A DNA stretch of 64,000 nt from an uncultured Actinomycetota bacterium. Lineage in GTDB: Bacteria > Actinomycetota > Actinomycetes > Propionibacteriales > Nocardioidaceae. This document shows positions 28,490-39,929 of the stretch, piece after piece. The notes under the pieces are model-generated. The model saw only the letters and a program-made list of their open reading frames with translations. It made no database searches and was not told the origin of the DNA. The position numbers and the translations under genes were made by a program. The first letter of the stretch is position 1. The number at the start of each line of letters is the position of its first letter. Location: the NCBI GenBank assembly GCA_963820015.1, contig CAWFYO010000016.1:220217-284216 (forward strand), in the 5' to 3' direction.

Positions 28490-29386
28490 GTGACGGCAAG
28501 CAAGGGTGGGGTCGAGTCCGGCGCAAGCATCGAGGCCGCTGTCGGCGCGTTCAACGAGTCCCGGCCTCGCCTGTTCGGCATCGCCTACCGGATGCTGGGC
28601 AGCGTCGCGGAGGCCGAGGACATCGTCCAGGAGGCGTGGGTGCGGTGGCAGGGGACGGATCGCACGGCCGTACGCAATCCTGCAGGGTTCCTGACCACTG
28701 TCACCTCCCGGTTGGCGATCAACACCGCCGAGTCCGCACGTGTTCGACGCGAACAGTACGTCGGCCCCTGGCTGCCAGAGCCCGTCGACACCAGTGCGGA
28801 CCCAGGCCTGGGTGCAGAAAGGGCCGAAGCGCTCGAGTCAGCGGTGCTGATGCTTCTGGAGAAGGTCAGACCTGACCAACGCGCGGCCTACGTGCTGCGT
28901 GAGGCTTTCGACTACTCCTACGAGGAGGTCGCCGACATCCTCGAGACCTCCACCGCCAACGCCCGTCAGCTGGTCAGCCGCGCGAAGAAGGCGGTTCGGT
29001 CCGATCGCAAGGAACCCGTCGACCAGGCCCAGCATCGGAGGCTGCTCGAAGCTTTCGTCGCGGCCGCCCGCGACGGCGACGTGAAGCGGTTGGAGGAGGT
29101 TCTCTCCGCGGAGGTCGTCAGCATCACCGACAGTGCCGGCGAGGCCCCGCGGGCAGCACGCCGCCCGGTCGCCGGCCGGGACCATGTGGCGCGGTTCATC
29201 GCTGGCTGGTCCGACTGGTGGGAGGGCACCACCATCTCCTGGGTCGAGACGAACGGGGCGATCTCGGTGCTCGCCCGACGTGACGGCGCCCCAGCCGTCC
29301 TCCTCAGCGCCAGCGCGTCGGACTCCGGAATCGACCAGCTGATGTGGGTGATGGCGCCCGACAAGCTCACCCACGTCCCCGCGTAG
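28490..29386 (+). CDS. ECF41 (SigJ-like) sigma factor with C-terminal SnoaL-like extension
   Basis: RPRLFGIAYRMLGSVAEAEDIVQEAW, YVGPWLPEP, YVLREAFDYSY, DKL end. Confidence 0.93.
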   Translation: MTASKGGVESGASIEAAVGAFNESRPRLFGIAYRMLGSVAEAEDIVQEAWVRWQGTDRTAVRNPAGFLTTVTSRLAINTAESARVRREQYVGPWLPEPVDTSADPGLGAERAEALESAVLMLLEKVRPDQRAAYVLREAFDYSYEEVADILETSTANARQLVSRAKKAVRSDRKEPVDQAQHRRLLEAFVAAARDGDVKRLEEVLSAEVVSITDSAGEAPRAARRPVAGRDHVARFIAGWSDWWEGTTISWVETNGAISVLARRDGAPAVLLSASASDSGIDQLMWVMAPDKLTHVPA

Positions 29387-29408
29387 GCAAACGCGGGGTC
29401 GGGGTCGA

Positions 29409-29435
29409 TGTCACACCAGCGAGGACTCGCTGGTC
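29409..29435 (+). promoter_or_regulatory. ECF41-type promoter of the oxidoreductase
   Basis: TGTCACA-N16-GGTC versus ECF41 consensus TGTCACA-N16-CGTC. Confidence 0.7.
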
Positions 29436-29483
29436 AGTAAGGCGGAGGCTGGATCGGCCTCCCCTACAACCAGAGAGGTCACC

Positions 29484-30230
29484 ATGAAGGTCGTCGTCAT
29501 CGGCGGAACCGGGCTCATCGGCTCGAAGGTCGTCGAGAAGCTCAACGCACACGGTCACCACGCGGTACCTGCCGCGCCCCAGACCGGCATCAACATCCTC
29601 ACTGGAGAGGGACTGGACCACGCCCTGTTCGGCGCCGACGTCGTGGTCGACGTGTCCAACTCGCCGTCCTTCGCCGACGAAGATGTCATGGACTTCTTCG
29701 TCACCGCCACCACGAAGATCCTCGACGCTGAGAAGAAGGCCGGCGTCGAACACCACGTCGCCCTCTCCGTCGTCGGCACCGGGACCCTGCCCGACAGCGG
29801 ATACCTGCGCGCCAAGGCCGCACAGGAGGACATCATCCGGCAGTCCGGCATCCCGTACTCGATCGTGCACGCGACTCAGTTCTTCGAGTTCACCAGGGCG
29901 ATCGCCGACGCGTCCATGATCGCCGGGAAGCTGCACCTCCCACCAGTGCACTATCAGCCGATCGCCTCAGACGACGTCGCATCGGCTGTGAGCCGCGCCG
30001 CCCTATGCGCACCGCAGAACCGCACTACCGAGATCGGCGGGCCTGAGCGAGTGCGCATGGACCAGTTCATCCCGGCCGCGCTCGCAGAGTCCGGTGACAA
30101 GCGTGGAGTCGTCGTCGACGAGCACGCCACCTACTTCGGCACCGAACTGGCCGACGACAGCCTGTTGCCCGGGGCCGGCGCAGAACTGGGAACAACCACC
30201 TACGAGACGTGGGCGAAGGAGTCCTCCTGA
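29484..30230 (+). CDS. NmrA/SDR-type NAD(P)-binding oxidoreductase
   Basis: GGTGLIG Rossmann motif; typical ECF41 partner. Confidence 0.92.
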   Translation: MKVVVIGGTGLIGSKVVEKLNAHGHHAVPAAPQTGINILTGEGLDHALFGADVVVDVSNSPSFADEDVMDFFVTATTKILDAEKKAGVEHHVALSVVGTGTLPDSGYLRAKAAQEDIIRQSGIPYSIVHATQFFEFTRAIADASMIAGKLHLPPVHYQPIASDDVASAVSRAALCAPQNRTTEIGGPERVRMDQFIPAALAESGDKRGVVVDEHATYFGTELADDSLLPGAGAELGTTTYETWAKESS

Positions 30231-30308
30231 CAGGTGGGTCCCGCCGCCACTCCTGGTGGCGGGACCCGGCACGAAGTGACGAATCGGGAACGTCCTCAGA
30301 GTTCGCGC

Positions 30309-30335
30309 TGTCACAGACGCCGTCGGTCGCTGGTC
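30309..30335 (+). promoter_or_regulatory. Second ECF41-type promoter
   Basis: TGTCACA-N16-GGTC; shares TCGCTGGTCA with the first. Confidence 0.65.
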
Positions 30336-30343
30336 ATCCCTTC

Positions 30344-30586
30344 ATGACCAACATTCCGAACAGTCCCGATCTGTCCGCCATTGCCCATGAAGCCCAGATC
30401 GAGATCCTGGTCGCCGAGACGATCCAGGCAGCCGGGGTAACACCCGACGATGCCGCACACGCCTTCGACACGGCCGAGATCGGCTACTACGAGGCCGAGC
30501 TCAAGAGCCTGCGTGACGCCGCCACGAAACTAGATGAGGCAGAACAGCACACTCGAAGGACGGCACCCCCGCCGGGCCGGATGTAG
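30344..30586 (+). CDS. Small acidic hypothetical protein (80 aa), probably leaderless
   Basis: ATG about 8 nt after the -10 element; plausible helical sequence. Confidence 0.55.
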   Translation: MTNIPNSPDLSAIAHEAQIEILVAETIQAAGVTPDDAAHAFDTAEIGYYEAELKSLRDAATKLDEAEQHTRRTAPPPGRM

Positions 30587-30661
30587 CCAGATCAGGTCGT
30601 CGGCAGATGCGTCACTTCGCCGGGGGTCACGCTGGCAGCGTGACCCGTGCCGGCGGGTCGG

Positions 30662-31012
30662 CTATGGGACGTCGACGGTGTTCAGGGGCGAGTGCGCCGT
30701 ACGGCGTGCACGGACGCGCGAGCCCACGACGACGAGTCCGACGCCGGCCAGGGTGATGATCGCGTTGACCACGCCGTACGCGATCAGCTCTCCGTTTGCG
30801 TAGCTGATCGGGAACTGACCGGACGGGGAGTCCCCGAAGCCGGACGCGCCGCCGAGGCCGGTACCACCCGACATCCAGGTGAGCAGCACGCCCAGGCTCT
30901 GCCAGGTGAACAGGAACGAGCCGACGACCAGGTAGGAGAGCAGGGCGGTCGACCGGCGGGCCATGAAGAAGCCGAGCGGAAAGGCGACCAGGACGGTGTA
31001 GATGATGTTCAT
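30662..31012 (-). CDS. Small membrane protein
   Basis: RBS GGAG, three hydrophobic segments; divergent from the two-component system. Confidence 0.75.
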   Translation of the reverse strand: MNIIYTVLVAFPLGFFMARRSTALLSYLVVGSFLFTWQSLGVLLTWMSGGTGLGGASGFGDSPSGQFPISYANGELIAYGVVNAIITLAGVGLVVVGSRVRARRTAHSPLNTVDVP

Positions 31013-31162
31013 GTCGTCTCCTCTGGGGTGGGAGTGAGTGATGGACCGAGCGTGGTCGTTCGAGACGTCCCCGACATCGGGGCGCGCCCCGAGGCTGGGC
31101 ACTTGTCCGAACTAGGTGCCAGCACTGGTTCCCACGGCAGCGCGGTGCGAGACGATGTCGCC

Positions 31163-33085
31163 ATGGCCCCCGCGAGCAGCCGCGCCCTGGCGATGCGCGC
31201 CTGGGCGGCCGGAGCGACGCTGGTGACCGTCTCCGGCATCGGTCTGGGACTGGTCGGCGGCGACCTCCCCGCCACGGTCGCGTGCCTCGCGGGCCTGGTG
31301 GCGGTGGCGACTGGATGGGTCATCCTCGACCGGGAGCCCATCTCCGCGGTCGGTCCGGCGCTGGCGTGGAGCAGTGCCGGGGTCGCTTGCGTCATGCTGG
31401 TCGACCTGCTGGCGGGCTCGGCGTACGGGCCCTCGCCGTATCCCCTGGCCGAGGTGGTCCGGCCCCTGTGGGTCGGGATGTGGCCGGTCAACCTGGCCGG
31501 CCTCACGGTGTTGCTGCTGGTCTTCCCCGACGGTCGGCTCGCGGGCCGCCGGTCGTGGATGGTCGTGGCCGGGTACGCCGTCGGCACTGGCCTCACCGTC
31601 GCGAGCTCCTGGGGTGCCCGGGAGATCGACAACCGGATCGTCGGTGGACCGGCCGCCCCTTTGGCGGTCGTGACCGGCCTCCTCGGGGTCCTCACGATCG
31701 GGGTCTGTCTGGTGGCAGCCGTGGTCGGCGTCGTCGCCCGCTATCGCCAGGGCGACCCGCTGAGGCGCGAGCAGATCCGCTACCTGGTGGTCGCCGCGAT
31801 CGTCACCGTCGCCACCCTCATGCTCGGCTGGGTCGCCCTTGCCCTCGGAGCCCTGTTGCCCCTGGCCTTCACCCCCTTCCTGGTCGGCGTCGTGATCCTG
31901 CTGCCGGTGGCTGTCGGCGTGGCCATCGTCCGCCACGACCTCTTCGACATCGACCGGGTGCTGAGCACCACCACAGCCTGGGTGCTGACCCTCCTCGTCT
32001 CGGCCGCCGCGTACGCCGCGGTCGTGCTCGCCGCGAGCCGCACCCTCGGCGCGAGCACCGGGGTGGCTCCCGCCATCGCTGCCTTCGTCACCGCCCTCGC
32101 CCTGCTTCCTCTCCAGCGCCACCTCGCCGTCGCCACCGGTCGCCTATTGGACCGCGATCGGTTCGTCGCGGTCGGTCTCGTCGAGCGATTCGCGGCCGAG
32201 GTGCGGGCTGGCACCCGGGCGCCCGAGGAGGTCGAGGACGTCCTCCGCGAGGCGCAGCGGGACCCGGGACTGCGCGTGGCCCTGGCCAGACCGGACGGCA
32301 CCTGGGCCGATCTCCTCGGCCAGCCGGTGGTCCTTCACGACGCGCTCGTCGTCCGGTCCCACGGCTCCGAGATCGCGCAGATCTCGCTCGCCCACGACTC
32401 CGCCCGAGCGCGCCGGCGGGCCACGAGCTTGGCGCTTGCCGGCTGGGTGCCGATCGAGGTCAGCCGGCTGCGACTGGGGTTGCGGGACGCGCTCGCCGAG
32501 ACCGAGGCGGGCCGCGAGCGTGTGGCCGAGGCGAACGCCGTGGAGCGGCGCCGGCTCGAGCGCGACCTCCACGACGGCGTACAGCCGCGGCTCGTCGCGA
32601 TCGGCATGCGGCTGCGGTCCCTCCAGCGACACCTGGGTTCCGCCGACTCGGATGAGATCGATCTCGCGGTCCGCGAGCTGGAGACCACGGTGGCCGAGCT
32701 GCGGCAGCTCGCGCACGGCGTGCGTCCGAGCCGGCTCGACGACGGCCTCCCCGCCGCGCTCGCCTCGCTGCGCGCCGACGCGCCGGTGCCGGTGCGGGTC
32801 TGCGTCGGCGACCTGCCCGACCTCGACGACGTGCGCGCCCTCACGGCGTACTTCGTCGCCTCCGAGGCGGTCGCCAACGCGCACAAGCACGCGCAAGCGA
32901 CCCGGATCGAGGTCTGCGTCGAAGCTATGGATGGTCGCCTGGTGGTCGAGGTCCGAGACGACGGCACCGGCGGGGTCGCGACGAACGGGCTCGTCGGTCT
33001 GCGAGACCGGCTCCAGCCGCTGCACGGCGACCTGGTGGTGGCCAGCCCCGTCGGGCAGGGCACCCACGTGCGAGCGGTGTTCTGA
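31163..33085 (+). CDS. Multi-TM sensor histidine kinase (HisKA_3/NarX type)
   Basis: ERRRLERDLHDGVQPRL, EAVANAHKHA, DDGTGG. Confidence 0.92.
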   Translation: MAPASSRALAMRAWAAGATLVTVSGIGLGLVGGDLPATVACLAGLVAVATGWVILDREPISAVGPALAWSSAGVACVMLVDLLAGSAYGPSPYPLAEVVRPLWVGMWPVNLAGLTVLLLVFPDGRLAGRRSWMVVAGYAVGTGLTVASSWGAREIDNRIVGGPAAPLAVVTGLLGVLTIGVCLVAAVVGVVARYRQGDPLRREQIRYLVVAAIVTVATLMLGWVALALGALLPLAFTPFLVGVVILLPVAVGVAIVRHDLFDIDRVLSTTTAWVLTLLVSAAAYAAVVLAASRTLGASTGVAPAIAAFVTALALLPLQRHLAVATGRLLDRDRFVAVGLVERFAAEVRAGTRAPEEVEDVLREAQRDPGLRVALARPDGTWADLLGQPVVLHDALVVRSHGSEIAQISLAHDSARARRRATSLALAGWVPIEVSRLRLGLRDALAETEAGRERVAEANAVERRRLERDLHDGVQPRLVAIGMRLRSLQRHLGSADSDEIDLAVRELETTVAELRQLAHGVRPSRLDDGLPAALASLRADAPVPVRVCVGDLPDLDDVRALTAYFVASEAVANAHKHAQATRIEVCVEAMDGRLVVEVRDDGTGGVATNGLVGLRDRLQPLHGDLVVASPVGQGTHVRAVF

Positions 33086-33742
33086 GTGAGGGTCGTCGTC
33101 GCCGAAGACTCGGTCCTCTTCCGGGAGGGGCTGCTCCGGCTGCTCACCGACCTCGGCCACGAGGTCACCACCGCGGTCAGCGACGCCCCCGCGCTGCTGG
33201 CGGCGGTCGACCACGACCGCCCCGACCTCGCGATCGTCGACGTTCGGATGCCGTCTCAGCAGGAGCTCGACGGCGCACAGGCCGCCACCCTGATCCGCGC
33301 CCAGGATCCGAACGTCGGCCTGCTGCTCCTCTCCCAGCACATCGAGCTCCGACACTGCCTGGACCTGATCGGGACTGCGGGCTTCGGCTACCTACTCAAG
33401 GACCGGGTGCTCCGGCTCGACGAGTTCGACGACGCACTCCGACGCGTCGCCGGGGGTGGTGTCGCCCTCGACCCCGACGTCGTCCAGGCCCTCGTCGTGA
33501 CCCGCCCGTCGCCCGCACTCGCCCGGCTGACTGCCCGGGAGACCGAGGTGCTGGCCCTCGTAGCGCAGGGCCACTCCAACACCGCGATCGGCACCACGCT
33601 GGGGCTCTCCGAGCGCACCGTCGAGACCCACATGCGCTCGGTCTTCGGCAAGCTCGACCTGTACGACGACGGCAGCACCCATCGCAGGGTCCGAGCCGTC
33701 GTCACGTACCTCGAGTCCGGCACCGATGCCAACACGCCCTGA
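33086..33742 (+). CDS. NarL/LuxR response regulator
   Basis: VVVAED, IVDVRMP, LTARETEVLALVAQGHSN. Confidence 0.95.
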   Translation: MRVVVAEDSVLFREGLLRLLTDLGHEVTTAVSDAPALLAAVDHDRPDLAIVDVRMPSQQELDGAQAATLIRAQDPNVGLLLLSQHIELRHCLDLIGTAGFGYLLKDRVLRLDEFDDALRRVAGGGVALDPDVVQALVVTRPSPALARLTARETEVLALVAQGHSNTAIGTTLGLSERTVETHMRSVFGKLDLYDDGSTHRRVRAVVTYLESGTDANTP

Positions 33743-33940
33743 TCCGACACCTCGCCTCCCTGCCACTCAGAGGGCGCGTCATAGCCCGGATCTGGCGGCA
33801 TCTCGACCGGCGTCACATCGCCGGCAGTGGGCGCCGTGAACCGACCTCGCGTGGCTCCCTGAGTTCACACGGGAGCTGGACAGGGACGTCAGGGTCTGGC
33901 TGGACTGGCCGTATGCGATCGAGTCCGGAGTAGGTGAGGC

Positions 33941-36775
33941 TCAGCCGACGAGATGGCGGGCCAGGGCGGCGGCCTCGCCTCGGTTGGCGACGCCGAGCTT
34001 GGCGAGCATGTTCGAGACGTGCACACTCACCGTCTTCTCGCTGATGAACAGGTCTGCCGCGATCGTCTTGTTGGAGGCGCCTTTGGCGAGGAGGCCGAGG
34101 ACTTCGCGTTCACGGGGTGTCAGTCGGCTCAATGGTCCTTCCTGCACCGCCGCCTCCGGGAGGGGTATGCGGGTGCGGGTGGCGAGCCTCAACGCGCGGC
34201 GCTCGAGCTCACCCGCGCCGATGTCGTGGGCGGTGCGCCAGCACTCGACGAGCAGCTCTCGACCCTCGTCCCTCCCGCCGTGCGCCAGCAGCTGCTCTGC
34301 AAGGTTCAACCGTGGCTCGAGGGCGAAGTAGGCCCCGAACGGAGCGGCCAGCGAAGCCGCCTCGCGGAACTGCTCTACTGCCGGTTCGCCCGCGCCTCGC
34401 GCGGCGTAGGCCTCGGCGAGCGCGAGCTGGACGCCGTAGTAGCTGCCGCGCCACTCGTCGGTGAGACCCGCTGTTGCTCGCTCGAGTTGGCGATCGGCGA
34501 GCTGGCGCAGGTGGTCAACCGCAGGTCCGGTGGTCGCCCGGTTCAAGGTCAGGGCCTGGAAGCCGATCCGCGCCGCCGCACCTGCCAGCAGGGGTGAATC
34601 ACACTCCTGCAGGTCACGGAGGTACGAGGTCGCCGCATCGAGAGCGCCTTCGTTGTCGTCCAGCATGGCGGCGAGGTCGACGACGCGTAACACCTGCTCG
34701 GCGTCGGGGTGCCCTTCCAGCTCGTCCTCGGCGGCGACCTCCGCACGGACCGCGGGCGCCGCGGCGGCGACGTCACCGCGCGCCAGCAGGAGGGCGGCGC
34801 TCAGGCGGCGCTCTCGGTTTCCGGGCAGCCCCAGGGTCCGCAAGCAGTTGAGCCGTTGCTCCGCCTCCTGGAGTCGGCCAAGCCCGATGAGTGCCTCGAC
34901 GTAGGCGTCCCCACAGGCGACGGCCTGCTGGACCAGGCCAGTAGCGATGCCCTCGTCAAAGCCGTCTGAGGCCAGGGCCATGCCTCGCTCCACCTGCCCT
35001 GCAGCCGTGTATGCGTGTGCCAGGTTCTCGACCTCGTAGAGGGCGTGTCCGAGCATTCCCGCCCGTCGGTCCGCCGCCACCACGTGCTCGCGCTGCGCGA
35101 GCGAGTCCCTGATGCGGCCCATGATGAAGAGCACCTGGGCCCGCCAGCCCAGGGCATCGATCTCGACCTCGTGGCACGCGACCGTCCGGGCGATGTCCGC
35201 TGCTCGTTCGACGTCGGCCAGCGCAGGGGTGAACTCGTCGCGGAAGATGCGTAGGGCCGCTGAGGCGATCAGTGCCCGTGCCAGCTCCTCGGAGGGCGAC
35301 TCGCCCGCGTGGTCGAGGGCGCGATGCACCGCCTCGTCGGTGCCGGTGGGGTCGGTGTGGAACAAGCAGCTGAAGGCCAGCGCGGAGTACGCGCGGCTGG
35401 CCAGGAGGGGGCTGGTGTCGGGTTCGACCATGTCGACGGCTCGGCGAGCGAGCGCGTACCAGCGGTCGCCGTCGCCCTGTGCGCAGGACGACTCCGCGAG
35501 CCGTACCACGAGCTCGATCTTCGCAAGCCCTGCCACGGACACCGCGTCGGGCACCTGGTCCCACAGGGCCAATGCCTGCTCTCGGTGGGTGACCTCCTCG
35601 GCAGCGCCGAGGCGCGCGGCCGCGGTTCCTGCGCGGACGGACGCCGCTAGGGCGTGGGGCAGGTCGTGCCCGGCGTGCCAGTGGAAGGCGGCCCGGCTCA
35701 GGGCTGTGAGCTCGGGATCCGGCTGGGCGTCCAGCCGGGCCTGGAGGATGGCGGCGAGCTCCCCGTGGATTCGGCTGCGTTCGTCGGGCATCAGGTCGTC
35801 GTAGACGGCCTCGCGTAGTAAGCCGTGTCGGAACTCCAGGGCGTCCGAGGTCTGGCGCAGGACCCGGGCATCGAGAGCCTCGCGGAGGAGGCTCCCAACC
35901 CTGTCCTGCCCCAGGCCGGACAAGGGCAGGAGTGTGGTGGTGTCGAGGCGGATCCCGCTGACCGAGGCGAGTCGCAGCAGGGTCCGTGTGTCCTCGCTGA
36001 GGGCGTACATCCGCGCCAGGAACAGATCCGCGAGCAGCTCCGGCATCCCCGGCTGGACGGCGTCCACTAGCTCCTCGGCAAAGAGGGGGTTGCCCTCGGA
36101 CCGCGCGAATATTTCCTCGACCACGGAGGGTGCCGGCCGGTGCAGGTGTGCGGAGACGATGTGGGCGATCTCGCTGCGGCTCAAGGGGCCGAGGTCGAGG
36201 CGTCGGCTCCCAGGAGCCCGGCCGATCTCGGTCAGCGACGCACGGAAGGGGTGTCGGCGGTGCAGGCCGTCGCTGCGGAAGGTGAGCAGCAAGAGCAGCC
36301 GGCCACGGACCGTGCGGGACACGGACGTCACGAAGTCTTCGGTCGACCGGTCCGCCCAGTGCATGTCCTCAAGTACGAACAGCAGCGGCTGGCTGGCGGC
36401 CGCCTCTAGGACGGTCTGGCGCAGGTCCTCCAGCACCTCGAAGGTCTCCCCGCTCCGCGGCACATCGGGGTCCAGGAGTCTGCGCATACGCCGCGCGGAC
36501 GGACGCTCGTCCAGGTCCTCGACCTCGGCGAGAAGAGCCTGCACCGCTTCGAGCACAGGCGCGAACGAGACACCGGTCTCAAGGTCCAGGCAGTGTCCAA
36601 CGGCGACGGCGAAGCCGCGGTCCAGAGCTCGACGTTGCACCTCCCCCACCAGCGCGGTCTTGCCGATCCCAGCATCTCCGCCGATGAGAACGGTGTGCGG
36701 AGCCCCCTGTGCCGTGGCCTCCAGGGTCTCGTCTAGCGCGGCCAGCTCCGCGTCACGGCCGAGAAGGTGCGGCAT
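33941..36775 (-). CDS. Large ATP-binding LuxR (LAL) regulator
   Basis: [28 protein letters not shown]-terminal [12 protein letters not shown]; start may be further upstream (to 36895). Confidence 0.93.
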   Translation of the reverse strand: MPHLLGRDAELAALDETLEATAQGAPHTVLIGGDAGIGKTALVGEVQRRALDRGFAVAVGHCLDLETGVSFAPVLEAVQALLAEVEDLDERPSARRMRRLLDPDVPRSGETFEVLEDLRQTVLEAAASQPLLFVLEDMHWADRSTEDFVTSVSRTVRGRLLLLLTFRSDGLHRRHPFRASLTEIGRAPGSRRLDLGPLSRSEIAHIVSAHLHRPAPSVVEEIFARSEGNPLFAEELVDAVQPGMPELLADLFLARMYALSEDTRTLLRLASVSGIRLDTTTLLPLSGLGQDRVGSLLREALDARVLRQTSDALEFRHGLLREAVYDDLMPDERSRIHGELAAILQARLDAQPDPELTALSRAAFHWHAGHDLPHALAASVRAGTAAARLGAAEEVTHREQALALWDQVPDAVSVAGLAKIELVVRLAESSCAQGDGDRWYALARRAVDMVEPDTSPLLASRAYSALAFSCLFHTDPTGTDEAVHRALDHAGESPSEELARALIASAALRIFRDEFTPALADVERAADIARTVACHEVEIDALGWRAQVLFIMGRIRDSLAQREHVVAADRRAGMLGHALYEVENLAHAYTAAGQVERGMALASDGFDEGIATGLVQQAVACGDAYVEALIGLGRLQEAEQRLNCLRTLGLPGNRERRLSAALLLARGDVAAAAPAVRAEVAAEDELEGHPDAEQVLRVVDLAAMLDDNEGALDAATSYLRDLQECDSPLLAGAAARIGFQALTLNRATTGPAVDHLRQLADRQLERATAGLTDEWRGSYYGVQLALAEAYAARGAGEPAVEQFREAASLAAPFGAYFALEPRLNLAEQLLAHGGRDEGRELLVECWRTAHDIGAGELERRALRLATRTRIPLPEAAVQEGPLSRLTPREREVLGLLAKGASNKTIAADLFISEKTVSVHVSNMLAKLGVANRGEAAALARHLVG

Positions 36776-37603
36776 GTCCTGCGATCCAAGCATCCGGGTC
36801 CACCGCCCTAGGTATGGGTCTGTGGAAGTTCCGAGACCAAACATGCTAGGCATGGCCCACCAGAGGGCGCCACGGGAAGCGGCCCCCCTCGACAAGTCTC
36901 GAGCCGGCTACTCACCGAGCCGCACCCGGCCTCCGGCGGTCGTGGACTGATGTGCAACCCGGGCGCAGACCGCCGGGCGGGTCCGCGTTGTAGTTCCGTG
37001 CCTGGACCATGGCCGGCCGGTCTGACCCCGAGCCTGCCAGCGGGAAAGACCCCGAGAACGACAGAACGGCGCTTCCCGCCGCAGGGCGGCGACGATGGCC
37101 GCTGCCGCCGCCGCGGAATAGGTGTGCAGTGGCTGATCGAGGTGGCCGTCATGGTCAGTTCCTGGCTAAGCGGCCGGACTGTCCGACCTTCTGACCACTC
37201 ACATTCGACCTAAGACGCAGACTCGACATCGGGAGACTTCCCGATCCTCGGCGCGAAACGCAGCTCGATCTTCGTAGGACACGTTGTCCGCCGGCAGCCG
37301 TTTCACTTGCCGGCGATGAGGGGTGCGTCACACCGCCGGAACAGAGCGCAGGTCGAGCGCGGGCTGACGAGGCTCAAACTGCGTTCGGGTGGCAGCTCGG
37401 TGAATCGGCTTCAAGGCCGTGGCCTCTCTCCGGCGCCCTTCGGGCCGCCGTCCAGCGTCCCGGCCCTCGTGGTCACCGACGTACGCATCCCACCCCGGAC
37501 AGGCAAAGGAACCTCTTCTGCCGCTAGTCGCGCACCCGACGCCACGCGGCGTCCGGGGGAGAGCCGGCGAGTGCCTGGCTCTCCCTCGGAGGTCACGCGA
37601 TGC

Positions 37604-39821
37604 TCAGCCGGCCGGGACGGCTCCGGGCGCCGGGTCGGGGGTGGGGTGCAGGGCGGGAGTATCAGCGTCGTAAAGGCGGTGCCCGTCCATCGCGGGCAGC
37701 AGCCGGTCGAGCCAGGCGGGGAGCCACCAGTTGAGGGGCCCGAGCAGCTTCATCGCGGCGGGCACCAGCACGAGCCGGACCAGGGTGGCATCGACGAGGA
37801 CCGCGGTCGCGAGCCCGAGGCCGAGCATCTTGATCACCGGGTCGTTGCCGGCGACGAAGCCGGCGAACACCGCGACCATGATCGCGGCGCCGGCGGAGAT
37901 GGTGCGGGCCGTGACGCCGATGCCGTGGACGACGGAGTGGTCGCTGTCGCCGGTGCGGAGGTACTCCTCGCGGATCCGCGAGAGCAGGAAGACCTCGTAG
38001 TCCATCGACAGGCCGAACAGGATCGCGAACATGAACAGCGGGATGAACGAGATGATCGGCACGGTCGCGTGGAGGCCGATCAGGTCCTTGGCCCACCCCC
38101 ACTGGAAGACCATCACCAGGACGCCGTACGCCGCGCCGACGCTGAGCAGGTTGAGCACGGCCGCCTTAGCCGGCACGGCGATGGACCGGAACACGGCGAC
38201 CAGGAGCAGGAAGGACAGCAGGACGACGGCGACCAGGAAGACCGGGAGCCGGTCCTGCACCCGCGCGCTCATGTCGGTCATCGTGGCGGTGTAGCCGCCG
38301 ACGTGGGCCGTGGCCGGGCTCTGGTCCAGGGCCGTGGGGATGACGTCGGACCGCAGTCGCTGCAAGGTCTGCTGGGTCTGCTCGTCCTGCGGTGTGGTGG
38401 TGGCCTGCGCGGTCACCACGCCCAGGTCGGGCGCGCTGCTGGCCACCGAGGCCGTGGCGATGCCCGGGTCCTTGGCCACCGCGGTGGCGATGCGCTCCGC
38501 GGCGCCTCGGTCACCGGCCGGGTCGACGGCGATGACCAACGGGCTGATGGCGCCGGGGCCGAAGCCGGTCGGCGATCAGGTCGTAGGCACGACGCTCCGT
38601 GCGCTCCTGGGGGTAGTTCCCCTCGTCAGGCATGCCCAGCCGCAGTGCCGTCACGGGCGCGGCCATCGCGAGCAGGATGGCGGTGCCACCGACCAGGTAG
38701 GCGACTGGGTGCCGGGTCACGTGGGCACCCCAGCGGGTCCAGCGCTGCGTCGCCCTCGACGTACGACGCGCACGCCGCCGGGTGATCCGGTTGTCGGCCA
38801 GGCCCAGCATCGCGGGCAGCAGGGTGAGCGCGGCGAGCACCATCATCAGCACGACCAGGGACATCCCGATGCCGCCGGCGGCCACGAACGGCAGGCCGGC
38901 GAAGGCCAGGCCGAGGATGGCGACGACGACGGTGCCACCGGCGAAGAGGACCGCCTGGCCCGACGTGGCCAGGGAACGGCCGACGGACTCGGTGACGGAG
39001 AGCCCGGTCGCGAGGTACTCGCGGTGCCGGGTGACCAGGAAGAGGGCGTAGTCGATGCCGGCGCCCAGCCCGACCATCGAGGCCATGACCGGTGCCCACT
39101 CGGGGATGTCGACGCCGTAGGCCACCAGCGAGAGCGCGCTCGTGCCGACCAGCAGGCCGAAGAGGCCGATGACGACGGGCAGGCCGGCTGCGACGAGCGA
39201 GCCGAAGGCGAGGAGCAGGATGACGAGAGCGGTAAGGATGCCGCCGGCCTCGTAGAGGCTCATCGGCGCCTCGGAGAAGGTGAAGAAGAGGTCACCGCCT
39301 CCCTCGAGCCGGAGGCTCGACCCTGACTGCGCGCGGGCGATCGCCGCGGTCAGCGCGGCGAGTGCGGACTTGTCGGTCTTCTCGATCACGGGGTACTGCA
39401 GCCGGATGATCGCGACCCGACCGTCGGAGGAGACCATCTGGGCCGCGACGGCCGCCTGCGGGTCCTGGACGAGCATGCCCGCCGGGTCGCTTGCGTCGAG
39501 CTGGTCCTTCAGGCCCGTCAGGTGCTGCTCGACGGTGGCGAGGTCACGCCGTGCCCAGGGTGAGCTGAGGAAGGTCTGACCCGGGTCGCGCGGCGTCGCC
39601 ACGACGTACGACGTGAGGCCGCCGATGCCGGTCCCGGCACGCGTCAACAGGTCGGCGGCCGCCTTGGAGTCGGTGCCCGGGGCCGCCATCGTGTTGTCGA
39701 GAGGGTGCCCTGCCGTGCTCCCCAGGGCCGTCACGGCGACGGCGAGGACCACCCAGACGCCCACCGTCCTCCACGGGTGACCGGCCGCCCAACGACCCCA
39801 GCGGTACAGGATGTGTGACAT
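37604..39821 (-). CDS. MMPL family transporter with apparent +1 frameshift near 38566
   Basis: GLGAGIDYALFLVTRHRE in the first half, GLSMDYEVFLLSRIREE in the second half, two frames. Confidence 0.9.
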
Positions 39822-39929
39822 GGGAGCCTCCTCGGATCGGACTGCTCCGGACTCGTGCCCGGCCACCTCCACGCTCCCGCGCAAGGGGGCCGGGCGGATC
39901 GGCGTCGAGGCCGGACTCCGGTCCTCCTG

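Noticed and set aside
37490-37560. Possible c-di-GMP or other riboswitch (GGCAAA motif)
   Set aside because: Lacks the GAAA tetraloop/receptor and second-stem signature, and no gene start lies downstream in that orientation.
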